From the NCBI GenBank assembly GCA_965277805.1, contig OZ255842.1, positions 3,392,001 to 3,456,000 of the forward strand: DNA of 64,000 nucleotides, read 5' to 3'. The translations under genes were made by a program, and so were the position numbers. This document shows, piece by piece, positions 22,376-32,404 of this stretch (its first letter is position 1; each line of letters begins with the position of its first letter). The notes beneath the pieces are model-generated. The model was given only the letters and a program-made list of their open reading frames with translations, searched no databases and had not been told where the DNA came from. This DNA comes from Candidatus Lustribacter sp. (GTDB lineage: Bacteria; Vulcanimicrobiota; Vulcanimicrobiia; Vulcanimicrobiales; Vulcanimicrobiaceae).

Positions 22376-23145
22376 ATGTCCCCACGATCCGGCCGCGAAC
22401 AGATCGCCGGCTTGAGAGCCGACTGGCAGGCCGGGAAGGCCGCCTTCGGCGCGTGGTGTTCCATCCCGTCGGCGGCCGCGATCGAGGTCTTGTGCGTGCC
22501 CGGCCTTCATTATGCGTGTCTCGACCAGCAGCACGGCTTCTTCGACGACCCGTCCCTGTCGACGGCTTCCGCGCGATCGAACGCTGCGGCACGATGCCGC
22601 TCACCCGCGTCGCCGCGAACGTTTCCTGGATGATCGGCAAGGCGCTCGATGCCGGGGCGCTCGGCGTGATCGTGCCGCTGGTGGAAGACGGCATCGCTGC
22701 GGCTGCTGCGGTGGCAGCATGCCGCTTTGCACCACGCGGGACGCGCTCGTACGGTCCGACCCGCGCCCAGCTCTTCGATCGGCCGGAGACGCCGCGCGGC
22801 TTCGAGGACGTACTCTGCTTCGTGATGGTGGAGACGGAACTGGGTCTGCGCAACGTCGATGAGATCGCGCGAACGCCGGGCCTCGACGGCATCTACATCG
22901 GGCCGAGCGATCTCACGCTCGGCCTCGGACACGCGACCCTGGCCGGGCCGGAGTCGCCGCAGCTCAACGGGCCGCTCGAGCAGATTGCTGCCGCTTGCCG
23001 TCGTAACGGAATCATTGCCGGCATCCACTGCGTTGACGGAGCCTCGGCAGGCCGCCTCGCCAAACGCGGCTTTCAGCTCGTGACGTGTTTCAAAGATACG
23101 ACCCTGATCGCAAACGCTGCCCTGCGGGAGGTTGCGAGCATCTGA
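22376..23145 (+). pseudogene. HpcH/HpaI aldolase family, frameshifted near 22559
   Basis: N-half 'AFGAWCSIPS...CLDQQHG' is in one frame and the C-half 'KALDAGALGVIVP..RSYGP..VMVET..IYIGPSDL' in another; 1-nt deletion at ctg-tc-gac. Confidence 0.8.
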
Positions 23146-23891
23146 TGCCCTCCAAGCCGTTAGCCACCGTTCACAACGCGCTCGCGCTGCTCGATGCGTT
23201 TTCGATCGAACGGCCCGAGTGGGGCGTGCGCGAACTCGCGCGCGCGTACGCGCTGCCGCAAGCAACGGCGAGCCGGCTCGTGGGCGCGCTGTGCAACGAG
23301 GGCTTTTTGGCGCAAACGCCGTCCAAGCGCTACCGGCTCAATCTCATGCTGCGCGAGATCGGTTTCTCGGCCACGCGCGGCTCCGAGCTCTACGACGTCG
23401 CCTTGCCCGAAGCGGTGCGCGTGCGGCTGGAGTGCGGGCTCGCGACGACGGTTTCGGTACTCGACGGTGTCGATGTCGTTGTACTCGAGCGGCTGGGCGC
23501 ATTCGAGGGCGAGCAAGATCGTTCGCCGCGCCGGCGTTGGCCCGCCTACGCAACGAGCGGCGGTAAGGCGATATTGGCGTTTGCGGCGGACACCCTCGTC
23601 GACGAAGTCTTGCGCCGCGCCAAGGAAGCGTGCACGCCGCACACGCTCACGCAGCGCGCAGCGTTGACGAGCGCGCTCGACGATGTGCGGTGCGACGGCC
23701 ACGCAGTCGAAATCGAGGAGTCGCAGATCGGTTGGCGCGGACTCGGCGTGCCGATCTTCAACGCGGCGGGCGCGTGCGCGGGCGCGCTGAGCGTCGAGAT
23801 GCCGCTCTCGTCGTGGAATCCGGCGCTGGCCGGAAAGACGGTTGCGCTGCTGCGTGAAGCATCGCACGCGATCGGCGCCGAGCTGCCGTGA
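23145..23891 (+). CDS. IclR family transcriptional regulator
   Basis: 'TVHNALALLDAF', 'WGVRELAR', 'PAYATSGGKAILAF', 'GVPIFN'; TGATG coupling. Confidence 0.88.
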   Translation: MPSKPLATVHNALALLDAFSIERPEWGVRELARAYALPQATASRLVGALCNEGFLAQTPSKRYRLNLMLREIGFSATRGSELYDVALPEAVRVRLECGLATTVSVLDGVDVVVLERLGAFEGEQDRSPRRRWPAYATSGGKAILAFAADTLVDEVLRRAKEACTPHTLTQRAALTSALDDVRCDGHAVEIEESQIGWRGLGVPIFNAAGACAGALSVEMPLSSWNPALAGKTVALLREASHAIGAELP

Positions 23892-24670
23892 GTCACCAAG
23901 CCGGCGAGACATCGTTAACCGTGCAGAAAGCGCTGCGCGTCATTCGCGAATTTTCGGTCGACGGCCCGGTCCTCGGCGTGACCGACATCGCCCGCCGCCT
24001 GGATATTCCGCGCAGCACGGCGTCGCGGCTGATCGCCGCGCTGTGCAGCGACGGGCATTTGCGCAGGACGCCGGCCGGCACGTATAGGCTCGGACTGAGG
24101 TTCATCGATTACGCGAGCGTTGCCGCCGGCAGCAACGCCATTCGCGCGCTGGCGCGCGCCGAAATGTTCGACCTGCGCCAGACGGTCGGATGGAGCACGC
24201 ACCTGTCCGTCTTCGACCGCAGTCACGGATCGATCGTTCACATCGAACGGCTGCGCGCCGGCGAACTCGAACGCTTTCCGCTCAACCCGGGAGAGCGGGT
24301 TCCGCTGCACGCAACCAGCAGCGGGAAAGCGCACCTCGCGTTTTGCGATGACGACGCGATCGATCGCTTCACGGCGCAGATCCTCGAGCGCTTTACGGCC
24401 GCGACGTTCGTGAACCCGCGCCGGCTCAAGCACGAACTCGAGGCCGTGCGGCAAAACGGCTACGCGCTGGGCTGCGATGAGTTCATCACCGGCGTTTCTT
24501 CCGTTGCGGCGCCGATCTTCGACCCGGACGGAAAGGTGGTCGCAGGACTGTCGGTGACCGGCCTCTCGTATCAGCTGAACGAACGCTTCCGGCGGCGCGC
24601 GATCGAGCGCTTAGGCGAGACCGCGAACCGGATCGGGGCGCAGTTGCGAGCAGCCTCGTTCAAGCCTTGA
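23888..24670 (+). CDS. IclR family transcriptional regulator
   Basis: 'TVQKALRVI', 'GVTDIARRLDIPRSTASR', 'PLHATSSGKAHLAF', 'SVAAPIFD'; GTGA coupling. Confidence 0.9.
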   Translation: MSHQAGETSLTVQKALRVIREFSVDGPVLGVTDIARRLDIPRSTASRLIAALCSDGHLRRTPAGTYRLGLRFIDYASVAAGSNAIRALARAEMFDLRQTVGWSTHLSVFDRSHGSIVHIERLRAGELERFPLNPGERVPLHATSSGKAHLAFCDDDAIDRFTAQILERFTAATFVNPRRLKHELEAVRQNGYALGCDEFITGVSSVAAPIFDPDGKVVAGLSVTGLSYQLNERFRRRAIERLGETANRIGAQLRAASFKP

Positions 24671-25091
24671 TTGCACCGACGCCGCCTTCGAAGATCGGCC
24701 GCAGTGTGCGCGAGCGCACGCTCCACGTCCCGCCGGCGCGCACGTACTCCGTCGTTACGTCGGCGATCATGACGGCGGGCTGCGAGTCGAGCACCGGCAC
24801 GCCGTCGCCGGCAAACAGCGACATGACGGTTTCAAAGCGCGCATGATCGTCGCTCACGACCGTCAGCCGCGGATTCGTGATGAGGTGGCGCGCCGTCCGA
24901 TCGCCGCGCTCTTCGCGCCGCCGGTAGAAGCCGGCAATCGCGTCGCGCCCACGCAGCACGGTATCGCCGATGATGAACGTTCCGTCGGGTTCGTAGAACG
25001 CCGGCGCGGAGCGGCCGTAGCTCTGGTCGACCTCGTACCAGTACTCCGCCTCGAGCGCGTGCAATTCGACCAGCAGCAACAAATCCGCCAT
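24660..25091 (-). CDS. NTF2-like / SnoaL-like protein
   Basis: 'YWYEVD', 'FYEPDG', 'GRDAIAGFY', 'RHLITN'. Confidence 0.8.
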   Translation of the reverse strand: MADLLLLVELHALEAEYWYEVDQSYGRSAPAFYEPDGTFIIGDTVLRGRDAIAGFYRRREERGDRTARHLITNPRLTVVSDDHARFETVMSLFAGDGVPVLDSQPAVMIADVTTEYVRAGGTWSVRSRTLRPIFEGGVGAIKA

Positions 25092-25139
25092 GTCCGCGAA
25101 TTATCGCATGCCACCACGACGCCCTGTTGGAGACTCTCC

Positions 25140-25541
25140 ATGAGCCGCAGCTTCTATACGCTCGATGATTACGTGCAAACCGAGATCCGGCCGGGCTTGT
25201 CCGGCGCGGTGATCGACGGCGAACGGTCGACGGCGGTGCGGTGGGAGTTTCCTCCGGATATGGAGCGTACCGGCATTCACCACCACGACGAGCACGAACA
25301 ATTCGGCATCGTCGTCAGCGGACGGATCGAACTCGAAATCGGCGGTGTGGTTTCGCAGCTTGGTCCGGGCGAGATGTACTACGCACCGAAGGGCATTCCG
25401 CACGGGCACACGATCGTGCTCGGCGATGAACCCGCCGTGGTGATCGACTTCTTCTCTCCGCCGCGCGAAGAGTACGTGCGCGCCGCGCGCGGCGGACCCG
25501 CATTCGATCCGGTCGCGCAGTCCTTTCGGCAATCGGATTGA
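25140..25541 (+). CDS. Cupin domain protein
   Basis: RBS GGAG; 'HHHDEHEQFGIVVSG', 'PKGIPHG', 'DFFSPPRE'. Confidence 0.85.
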   Translation: MSRSFYTLDDYVQTEIRPGLSGAVIDGERSTAVRWEFPPDMERTGIHHHDEHEQFGIVVSGRIELEIGGVVSQLGPGEMYYAPKGIPHGHTIVLGDEPAVVIDFFSPPREEYVRAARGGPAFDPVAQSFRQSD

Positions 25542-25606
25542 AGTCGCCGGCCGAAGTTGTTATGAGCCCGAGAGGGTTGAGGACATCCGCGGGATAGGAG
25601 TCCCCC

Positions 25607-26806
25607 ATGAAGAATTTTCGCACCGGCGCGGTGGCGCTGGCACTCGGGTTGATCGTGGCCCTGGGCGCCGCCTCGGCCGTGCCGGCGACGCCCTACAACA
25701 TCGACGTCATCATCTCGCTTACCGGTAGCTACGCGTTCGTCGGAAATCAGCAAGCCGACAATTTCAAAGTGTTCGAGGATTACGCCAACCGCACGGGCGG
25801 CATTCGCGGAACGCCGATCCACTTCGTGATCCACGACGATCAGTCGTCGCCCGCAAACGCGGTCCAGCTGAGCACGCAACTGCTCGCGAACCACCCGGCG
25901 GTCGTCTTCGGATCGGACGGCGGCTCGCTGTGCGGCGCGATGATGCCGCTTTACAAAAATGGCCCGGTGAACTACTGCCTGGTACCATCGATCTATCCGC
26001 CCAAGGACGGCTTCGTCTTCTCCGCGCAGATCGCGCTCAATCCGTTCGTCAACGGGATGATTCGCTATCTACGTTTGCGCGGCTGGAAGAAGATCGCGAT
26101 CATCACCAGCACCGACGGTTCCGGGCTCGTCGACGACACCGCTACCAAAGCCTCGCTGGAGCTGCTCGAAAACAGCGCCATTCAAGTCGTGCAGTGGGAG
26201 CACTTCAATCCGACCGACGTGAACGTCAACGCGCAAGCGATTCGCATCAAGAATTCGGACGCGCAAGCGGTGATCGCCTGGGTTTCGGGAACGCCGTTCG
26301 GGACCGTCCTGCGCAACTTCAACGACGTCGGGCTGAACCTGCCGGTCGAAACGTCGAACGCCAACAGCCAAGTGGCACAACTGATGGGCTATGCGAAATT
26401 TCTGCCCAGCGAAATGGTGATGCCCGGGCCGGCCTACCTAACGCCGCCGGCGGTGCAAAGCCCGGCGCTGAAAAAGGCACGGGCCGACTTCTACGCCGCC
26501 TACGCGGCCGACGGCAAGACGCCGCAGCCCGGCTCCGCGCCCTCGGTGTGGGATCCCGCCAGCATCGTGCTGAGCGGCTTACGCAAACTCGGGACCGAGG
26601 CGACGGCGGATCAACTGCGCCAATATATTCTCTCGGTCCACGGTTACACGGGCGTCGAAGGCACCTACGACTTCCGCAGCGGCGACCAGCACGGACTCAC
26701 CGACGATGCGGTCGTGATCACGAGCTTCAATCCGCAAAAGCAGAGCTTCTCTGCGGTCAGCGGACCAGGCGGCATCCCCTTGCACGGTGCGTCGGGCGTG
26801 CACTGA
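25607..26806 (+). CDS. ABC substrate-binding protein, LivK/Peripla_BP_6 family
   Basis: RBS AGGAG; signal peptide; 'SLTGSYAFVG', 'DDQSSP', 'YDFRSGDQHGL'. Confidence 0.88.
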   Translation: MKNFRTGAVALALGLIVALGAASAVPATPYNIDVIISLTGSYAFVGNQQADNFKVFEDYANRTGGIRGTPIHFVIHDDQSSPANAVQLSTQLLANHPAVVFGSDGGSLCGAMMPLYKNGPVNYCLVPSIYPPKDGFVFSAQIALNPFVNGMIRYLRLRGWKKIAIITSTDGSGLVDDTATKASLELLENSAIQVVQWEHFNPTDVNVNAQAIRIKNSDAQAVIAWVSGTPFGTVLRNFNDVGLNLPVETSNANSQVAQLMGYAKFLPSEMVMPGPAYLTPPAVQSPALKKARADFYAAYAADGKTPQPGSAPSVWDPASIVLSGLRKLGTEATADQLRQYILSVHGYTGVEGTYDFRSGDQHGLTDDAVVITSFNPQKQSFSAVSGPGGIPLHGASGVH

Positions 26807-28062
26807 TGGCCGTCACGATGAAAACGCCCGGCGATTTGGGCAGCTCGGTCGACCGCTACTTGCGTGAGATCGAAGCGAACCTGATCGCCTGGCGGCGTGA
26901 TTTTCATCAGCATCCCGAGCTCGGCAACCGCGAAACACGCACGTCAGCCATCGTCGCGGCCCATCTCGAGCGTTTAGGGCTGACGGTGACGACCGGCGTC
27001 GCGCACACCGGCATCGTCGCGGTTCTCGAGGGGGCGCGCCCGGGTCCCGTGATCGGTTTGCGCGCCGATATGGATGCGCTTCCGATCGTCGAGCAAGTCG
27101 ACGTTCCGTATCGGTCCGAAGAACGGACGACCTATAACGGAGAGTCTGTCGGCGTTATGCACGCGTGCGGACACGACGGGCACACTGCCGTGCTGATGGC
27201 TGTTGCCGAGGCGCTCGCGAAACACCGCAGCGATTTCCCGGGTACGGTGAAGTTCATCTTTCAACCGGCCGAAGAGGGCGCGCCCGACGACGAAGAAGGC
27301 GGCGCGGCGCTGATGATCCGCGAGGGCGTGCTCGAGCATCCGAAGCCCGACATGATGATGGGACTGCATTTCGTCTCGCCGATTCCGAGCGATCAGATCC
27401 TGTACTACAAAGGCGCGATGCTCGCGAGTGCCGACATCATCTCGATCAAACTCAAAGGGCGCCAAGGGCATGGCGCCCGGCCCTGGACGGGAATCGATCC
27501 GATCGTCTCGGCCGCCCAAGTCGTGCTTGGCTTACAGACGATCGTCAGCCGTCAGATCGACGTGACGCACGAGCCGTCGGTCCTGTCGATCACGATCAAC
27601 CGGGGCGGCATACGGCACAACATCGTGCCCGAGACCGCCGAGCTCGGCGGCACGCTGCGGACGTTTGATGAAGAGATGCGCAAGGACATCCACATCCGCA
27701 TCAAACGGACGGCCGAGATGATCGCGGCGAGTTCGGGTGTCGAGGCGAACGTCGAGGTCAAATCGCAATATCCGGTGACGTTTTCGCTCGCCGCACTCGC
27801 GGAAAAAATCGTTCCGGCGCTCGAGCGCGCGGCCGGGCCCGCAAACGTGCGTCAGGGCAACAAGATGATGGCCGCGGATGACTTCGCGTTCTTCGGCCAC
27901 CACGTGCCGACGACGTACTTCGTCGTCGGCTGCGCAAATGCGGAACAAGCCGCGGCCGGCGTTCCCAACCATTCGCCCCGCTTTCACCTCGACGAGCGCT
28001 GCTTGCTGCTCGGCGCACGCGCGCTCGCCGGCGCAGCGTTGGACATGCTTCACGGCGCCTGA
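26806..28062 (+). CDS. M20D family amidohydrolase
   Basis: 'RRDFHQHPELG', 'LRADMDALP', 'MHACGHDGH', 'FQPAEEG'; TGATG coupling. Confidence 0.92.
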   Translation: MAVTMKTPGDLGSSVDRYLREIEANLIAWRRDFHQHPELGNRETRTSAIVAAHLERLGLTVTTGVAHTGIVAVLEGARPGPVIGLRADMDALPIVEQVDVPYRSEERTTYNGESVGVMHACGHDGHTAVLMAVAEALAKHRSDFPGTVKFIFQPAEEGAPDDEEGGAALMIREGVLEHPKPDMMMGLHFVSPIPSDQILYYKGAMLASADIISIKLKGRQGHGARPWTGIDPIVSAAQVVLGLQTIVSRQIDVTHEPSVLSITINRGGIRHNIVPETAELGGTLRTFDEEMRKDIHIRIKRTAEMIAASSGVEANVEVKSQYPVTFSLAALAEKIVPALERAAGPANVRQGNKMMAADDFAFFGHHVPTTYFVVGCANAEQAAAGVPNHSPRFHLDERCLLLGARALAGAALDMLHGA

Positions 28063-28068
28063 GCGCCG

Positions 28069-28635
28069 TCAGGTTCCGGACGCGACGGCTTTGAGCTGAT
28101 CGAATCCCTCGCGCACGACGGCGAGGAGTTCGCGTGCTGCCGGATCGTCGAGCCAACGAACGAAACCGACGTAGAACACGCCGATCCCCATGTCGGCAGC
28201 GATGCTCGCCGAGGATTCCGGCACGCCGCGCCGTTGCAGACCCTGCGCGAGTGCATTCGTGAGCGTCGCGCGCTTGATCATCTCGCGCTCTTGCAAGTCG
28301 GCGTGCTTCGTCACGAGCTGCTGCCGCTCGCGCGCGAACGCGCGCCGGCCGTGAAAGAGCGTGGCGACGGCTTCAACCGCTAGCCGGACCGCTTCGATTA
28401 CCGGCAGCGCCGCCGGGGCTGCGTCGAGCGCCCGCAGTAGCTCGTCCTGCAACGCGGACGAGCCCCCGAAAAACACCTCGCGCTTATCCGCGTAGTGCCG
28501 GAAAAACGTGCGTTCGGTGAGGCCGGCGCGCTCGGCGATGTCGGCGACGGTCGTCTGTTCGTACCCGCGCTCGAGGAAAAGTTCGTAGGCGGCCTTCTCG
28601 AGGCGGCCTCGGGCGTCCGGTTGCCAGCGGCTCAT
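28069..28635 (-). CDS. TetR/AcrR family regulator
   Basis: 'GYEQTTVADIAERAGLTERTFFRHYADKRE'. Confidence 0.93.
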   Translation of the reverse strand: MSRWQPDARGRLEKAAYELFLERGYEQTTVADIAERAGLTERTFFRHYADKREVFFGGSSALQDELLRALDAAPAALPVIEAVRLAVEAVATLFHGRRAFARERQQLVTKHADLQEREMIKRATLTNALAQGLQRRGVPESSASIAADMGIGVFYVGFVRWLDDPAARELLAVVREGFDQLKAVASGT

Positions 28636-28651
28636 ATTCCCCTATCATACA

Positions 28652-28703
28652 TGATGACAGCGACTGACATTCGTGCTATGCTCTATGTCAGTCACTGTCA
28701 TCA
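28652..28703. promoter_or_regulatory. Twin TetR operators flanking the SDR promoter
   Basis: tgatgacagcgactgacat (28652-70) and atgtcagtcactgtcatca (28685-703) are inverted copies with 1 mismatch, each near-palindromic; -35 ATGACA, 17 bp, -10 TATGCT (28677-82). Confidence 0.8.
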
Positions 28704-28723
28704 ACGAAGAGAGCGTCCGTATC

Positions 28724-29629
28724 ATGCGTGTTTTTGTAACCGGAGCCACCGGCTGGGTCGGATCGGCCGTCATCGAAGAGCTGCGGTCCGCCGGCCATAC
28801 CGTTCTGGGCTTGGCCCGATCCGAAGCGGCGGCGGCTGCCCTGGCAGGCGCCGGGGTCGCCGTGCAGCGCGGGAGCCTCGAAGACCTCGAGAGCCTGCGC
28901 GCCGGCGCGGCAGCGTCAGACGCGGTCATCCACACCGCCTTCAACCACGATTTCTCGCGCTTTGCCGAAAACGGCGCGGCCGAGCGGCTCGCCATCGAGG
29001 CCTTGGGCGACACGTTGGCCGGGACAGGAAAGACGCTCATCGTCACGTCCGGCGTCGGCCTGATTGCGCCCGGACGGCTGATCACGGAAGACGATGTCCG
29101 CGATCCCGGCGCGCCGTTTCCGCGCGACCCCGAGACGGTGGCGGCGGCGGTCGCCGCGCGCGGCGTGCACGTCTCCGTAATTCGCCTCGCGCCGTCCGTC
29201 CACGGAAAAGGCGATCACGGGTTCGTGCCGGCCGTCATCGGCATGGCCCGCGAGCACGGCGTTTCCGCATACGTCGGCGATGGGAACAACCGGTGGCCCG
29301 GCGTGCATCGCCGCGATGCGGCCCGTCTCTACCGTCTCGCGCTCGAGCACAGTGCAGAGCACGCGATCTATCATGCGGTCGCAGAAGAGGGTGTTCCGTT
29401 CCGCGAGATCGCCGCAGTCATCGGACGTCAGCTGAACGTCCCGGCCGTGAGCGTCTCGGGCGATGAGATCGCGCAGCACTTCGGCTGGTTCGCGCACTTC
29501 GCACAAATCGACGCGCCGTCGTCGAGCGTCAAAACGCGGCACTTTCTTGAGTGGCATCCGAGCGAACCTTCGCTTCTTGACGACCTGAATAGCGAAGCAT
29601 ACTTTCCGTCCGAGGTTAATGTAGCTTAA
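28724..29629 (+). CDS. Atypical SDR / NAD-dependent epimerase-dehydratase family oxidoreductase
   Basis: 'MRVFVTGATGWVG', 'VIHTAFNHDF', 'GDGNNRWPGVH'. Confidence 0.9.
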   Translation: MRVFVTGATGWVGSAVIEELRSAGHTVLGLARSEAAAAALAGAGVAVQRGSLEDLESLRAGAAASDAVIHTAFNHDFSRFAENGAAERLAIEALGDTLAGTGKTLIVTSGVGLIAPGRLITEDDVRDPGAPFPRDPETVAAAVAARGVHVSVIRLAPSVHGKGDHGFVPAVIGMAREHGVSAYVGDGNNRWPGVHRRDAARLYRLALEHSAEHAIYHAVAEEGVPFREIAAVIGRQLNVPAVSVSGDEIAQHFGWFAHFAQIDAPSSSVKTRHFLEWHPSEPSLLDDLNSEAYFPSEVNVA

Positions 29630-29679
29630 CGTTTTGCAATGCGACCGGTCGGAAACGAGGGAGCGGCAAGGAGTCCGCA

Positions 29680-31053
29680 ATGCAAACGCAGTCCCGCTTT
29701 TCGGCCGCTCGCTTCTCGGAGATCGACGACGAACGCATAAGCAAAGAGCAGTGGAGCATCGTCCTCATCTCGGGCATGGGCTTCTTCACCGACGCATACG
29801 ATCTGTTCATCATCGGCGTCGTGCTCAAACTCCTCAAATCGGAATGGCATATCGGATCGTTTGAAACGGCGATCGTGGGCGCCACGGCGCTCGTGTCGGC
29901 GGCGATCGGATCGGCAGTGTTCGGACGAGTGGCGGACGTGTTCGGCCGCAAGTACATCTACGGCTTCGAGGTGCTCGTTTTGGGTGCGGGCGCGATCGCT
30001 TCCGCCTTCTCCCCCAGTATTTGGTGGCTGGTCGCGTTTCGTTTCATTCTCGGCTTGGGGATCGGCGGCGACTATCCGGTCAGTGCAACGATCGCGAGCG
30101 AGTTTGCCGGCAAGAAGACGCGCGGGCTGATGATCTCGAGCGTCTTCGCGATGCAAGGGATCGGCCTGATCGTCGGGCCGCTGCTGGCGATCGCGCTCCT
30201 GGCGCTGAAAATCCCGCAAGATCTGGTGTGGCGCATCTTGCTGGCGGCCGGCGCGCTTCCGCCGTTGGCCGTCTTCTGGGCACGGCGCCATCTCAAGGAA
30301 ACCCCGCGCTTTGCCCAGCTAACCGAGGGCAAAGATGAAGTCGGCAAAGAGGCGCAGCGTATCGGTTTCGTGACCGCGCTCAAAGAGGCGTTCGGCAGCG
30401 ACAGGCAACTAGTGAAGTGGCTCGTCGGGACGTCACTCGCCTGGTTCTTTCTCGACCTCGCCTACTACGGCAACACGATCTCCAATCAACAATTCGTATC
30501 GGCCGTGAGCGTACACGCCTCGCAGATTCACGATCTCTTCGTGTCGCTGCTCGTCTTCGTGTTCGCGGCCTTTCCCGGCTATCTGCTTTCGATCTACGGA
30601 ATGGATAAGTGGGGTCGCAAGAACATCCAGCTGCTGGGCTTCGCGATGATGGCCGCGAGCTTCATCGGCGTCGCCCTGCTCGGCGATGCTAAGTCGATCA
30701 TCGTCCCGTTCGTCGCACTCTATTGCCTGAACTACTTCTTCACAGAGTTCGGCCCGAACACGACGACGTTCGTCTTGCCGGCAGAGATCTTCCCGATGAA
30801 AGTGCGCACGACCAGCCACGGCATTTCCGCGACGGTCGGGAAGGTGGGCGCCGCCGTCGGCACGTTCAGCTTCCCGCTGTTGCAGGCAAAGTTCGGGCTC
30901 CCCGGTCCGATGTGGGTCGCGGGCATTTCATCGATCATCGGTCTCGCCCTCACGTGGGCACTACTGCCGGAACCAAACGGCCTCGAACTCGAAGAAGCCT
31001 CGCGCGATACGTCGTTCAAGGGCGCCTCATCTCCGCAACCAGTTCCCGTGTAG
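29680..31053 (+). CDS. MFS transporter, phosphate:H+ symporter (PHO84-like) family
   Basis: 'GMGFFTDAYDLF', 'GIGGDYPVSATI', 'WFFLDLAYYG', 'FGPNTTTF', 'RTTSHGISA'. Confidence 0.88.
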   Translation: MQTQSRFSAARFSEIDDERISKEQWSIVLISGMGFFTDAYDLFIIGVVLKLLKSEWHIGSFETAIVGATALVSAAIGSAVFGRVADVFGRKYIYGFEVLVLGAGAIASAFSPSIWWLVAFRFILGLGIGGDYPVSATIASEFAGKKTRGLMISSVFAMQGIGLIVGPLLAIALLALKIPQDLVWRILLAAGALPPLAVFWARRHLKETPRFAQLTEGKDEVGKEAQRIGFVTALKEAFGSDRQLVKWLVGTSLAWFFLDLAYYGNTISNQQFVSAVSVHASQIHDLFVSLLVFVFAAFPGYLLSIYGMDKWGRKNIQLLGFAMMAASFIGVALLGDAKSIIVPFVALYCLNYFFTEFGPNTTTFVLPAEIFPMKVRTTSHGISATVGKVGAAVGTFSFPLLQAKFGLPGPMWVAGISSIIGLALTWALLPEPNGLELEEASRDTSFKGASSPQPVPV

Positions 31054-31136
31054 CGGCTTACGGAGCGCTCAAAAGGAGCAAACTACATAATCTTCGTACG
31101 GTCAGCGCTTCTTCACTATGCCGAGGACTGCTTCAG

Positions 31137-31538
31137 ATGAACGTCGTTGCCCGCGTCACCAATACCCATAAGCAGCACGAGGTCGAGCTGCGGACAAACG
31201 AACGCATTCACACCATCGAGATTCCGGCAAAGGCAGATGGGAACGGTTCCGACGCAAACGGCGGTGAACTGCTTTTCTTGGCATTAGCGACGTGCTATTG
31301 CAATGATCTCTACCGCGAAGCTGCTAAACAAGACATCATCGTAGACTGGGTGGAGGTGACGGTCGAAGGGGAGTTCGGTGCCCCGGGCGAGCCTGCACGG
31401 AACGTTCGCTATCGTGCCCGCGCGGAGTCGGCCTCCGACCCGCAACGACTTCGCGATCTTCTGCTCCACACCGACACGGTCACTGAAATTCAGAAGACAC
31501 TGCGTTCGGGCTGTGATATTTCGTTCCAACTCGCCTGA
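31137..31538 (+). CDS. OsmC family protein
   Basis: 'NGGELLFLALATCYCNDLYREA'; RBS GAGG. Confidence 0.82.
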   Translation: MNVVARVTNTHKQHEVELRTNERIHTIEIPAKADGNGSDANGGELLFLALATCYCNDLYREAAKQDIIVDWVEVTVEGEFGAPGEPARNVRYRARAESASDPQRLRDLLLHTDTVTEIQKTLRSGCDISFQLA

Positions 31539-31597
31539 GCTACGTCACGCTGCCGAAAGCGGAGGGTCCGCTCGCCGCGAGACGAAGGCCGGGCAAA

Positions 31598-32326
31598 ATG
31601 CACTGGAGCGTTATCGCCGAGTCCGCCCGGCCACAACTCGAGGAGTTGCGCTTCGGTTCGCGTGAACTGGGCCTCAAGCGCGTTGCCTCGAAGTTCGGCA
31701 TCAGTCCCCAAACGCTACGGCGATCGCTCTCGGCCCTGAAGTTCGTCGAGGCGATCGAGGGCCGGCGAACCTCAGCGAAACGCACGCTGCGCTCGGCTCC
31801 GGTGGCGGCCATCGAGCATATCGCGCGCTGGCACGCCTACGATCCGGCCGGCGCGAACGCCGCCGCGCAGCGGGTCCGGCAAGGGTTGTACACCATCGCC
31901 GCGCTGGAGGCTGCGGAGCACGCGGCGCGCGCGGTGAGTAAACCCGAACGTATTGGACAATCGCTCGTCAGCGCGTGCCGGGAGCGGGTCGGGCCGGTAC
32001 TCTGCAAGCAACTCGCCGGATTCGAGTGCGAATCACGCGCGTCACAGCGCGAATCGAAGTCGGCCGTTGACTTCCGCTTTCGCCCGAACGGTTCTCGTAA
32101 GTGGACGGTCGCGGCGATCATCATCGGGCCTTACCGCGATCAGAGCCTCTACAAGCTGCGCTTGGACGATTGGCTGATCAAGGCGCTCGGTTTGACGCTC
32201 CTGTACGAGCGGGTCATCTTGGTCGCTCCTACCACAACGTTGAAGCGTCAGTGCACTGCGTGGCTACGCGCCCACAAGCTCGTGCTCCCCAATCTAGAAA
32301 TACCGGTCATCACGCCCGTCCCGTGA
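31598..32326 (+). CDS. Hypothetical protein with N-terminal HTH-like segment
   Basis: 242-aa ORF filling the gap; 'LKRVASKFGISPQTLRR' is HTH-like. Confidence 0.6.
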   Translation: MHWSVIAESARPQLEELRFGSRELGLKRVASKFGISPQTLRRSLSALKFVEAIEGRRTSAKRTLRSAPVAAIEHIARWHAYDPAGANAAAQRVRQGLYTIAALEAAEHAARAVSKPERIGQSLVSACRERVGPVLCKQLAGFECESRASQRESKSAVDFRFRPNGSRKWTVAAIIIGPYRDQSLYKLRLDDWLIKALGLTLLYERVILVAPTTTLKRQCTAWLRAHKLVLPNLEIPVITPVP

Positions 32327-32404
32327 TCGCAGGGCTTCGTCCCGGCGGTTCCGTAAGGTATGATTCAGGCCGAATAGCGACCCGCGGACCCGCAAACGGG
32401 GGAT

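Noticed and set aside
25930..28062. 710-aa ORF suggesting a long amidohydrolase fusion
   Set aside because: The upstream part overlaps the SBP in another frame; the real start is the TGATG-coupled ATG at 26806
29615..29640. TTAAT/TTAAC/GCAAT direct repeats upstream of the PHO84-like transporter as a Pho box
   Set aside because: Period is 10 rather than 11 bp, the match is weak and it overlaps the SDR coding end
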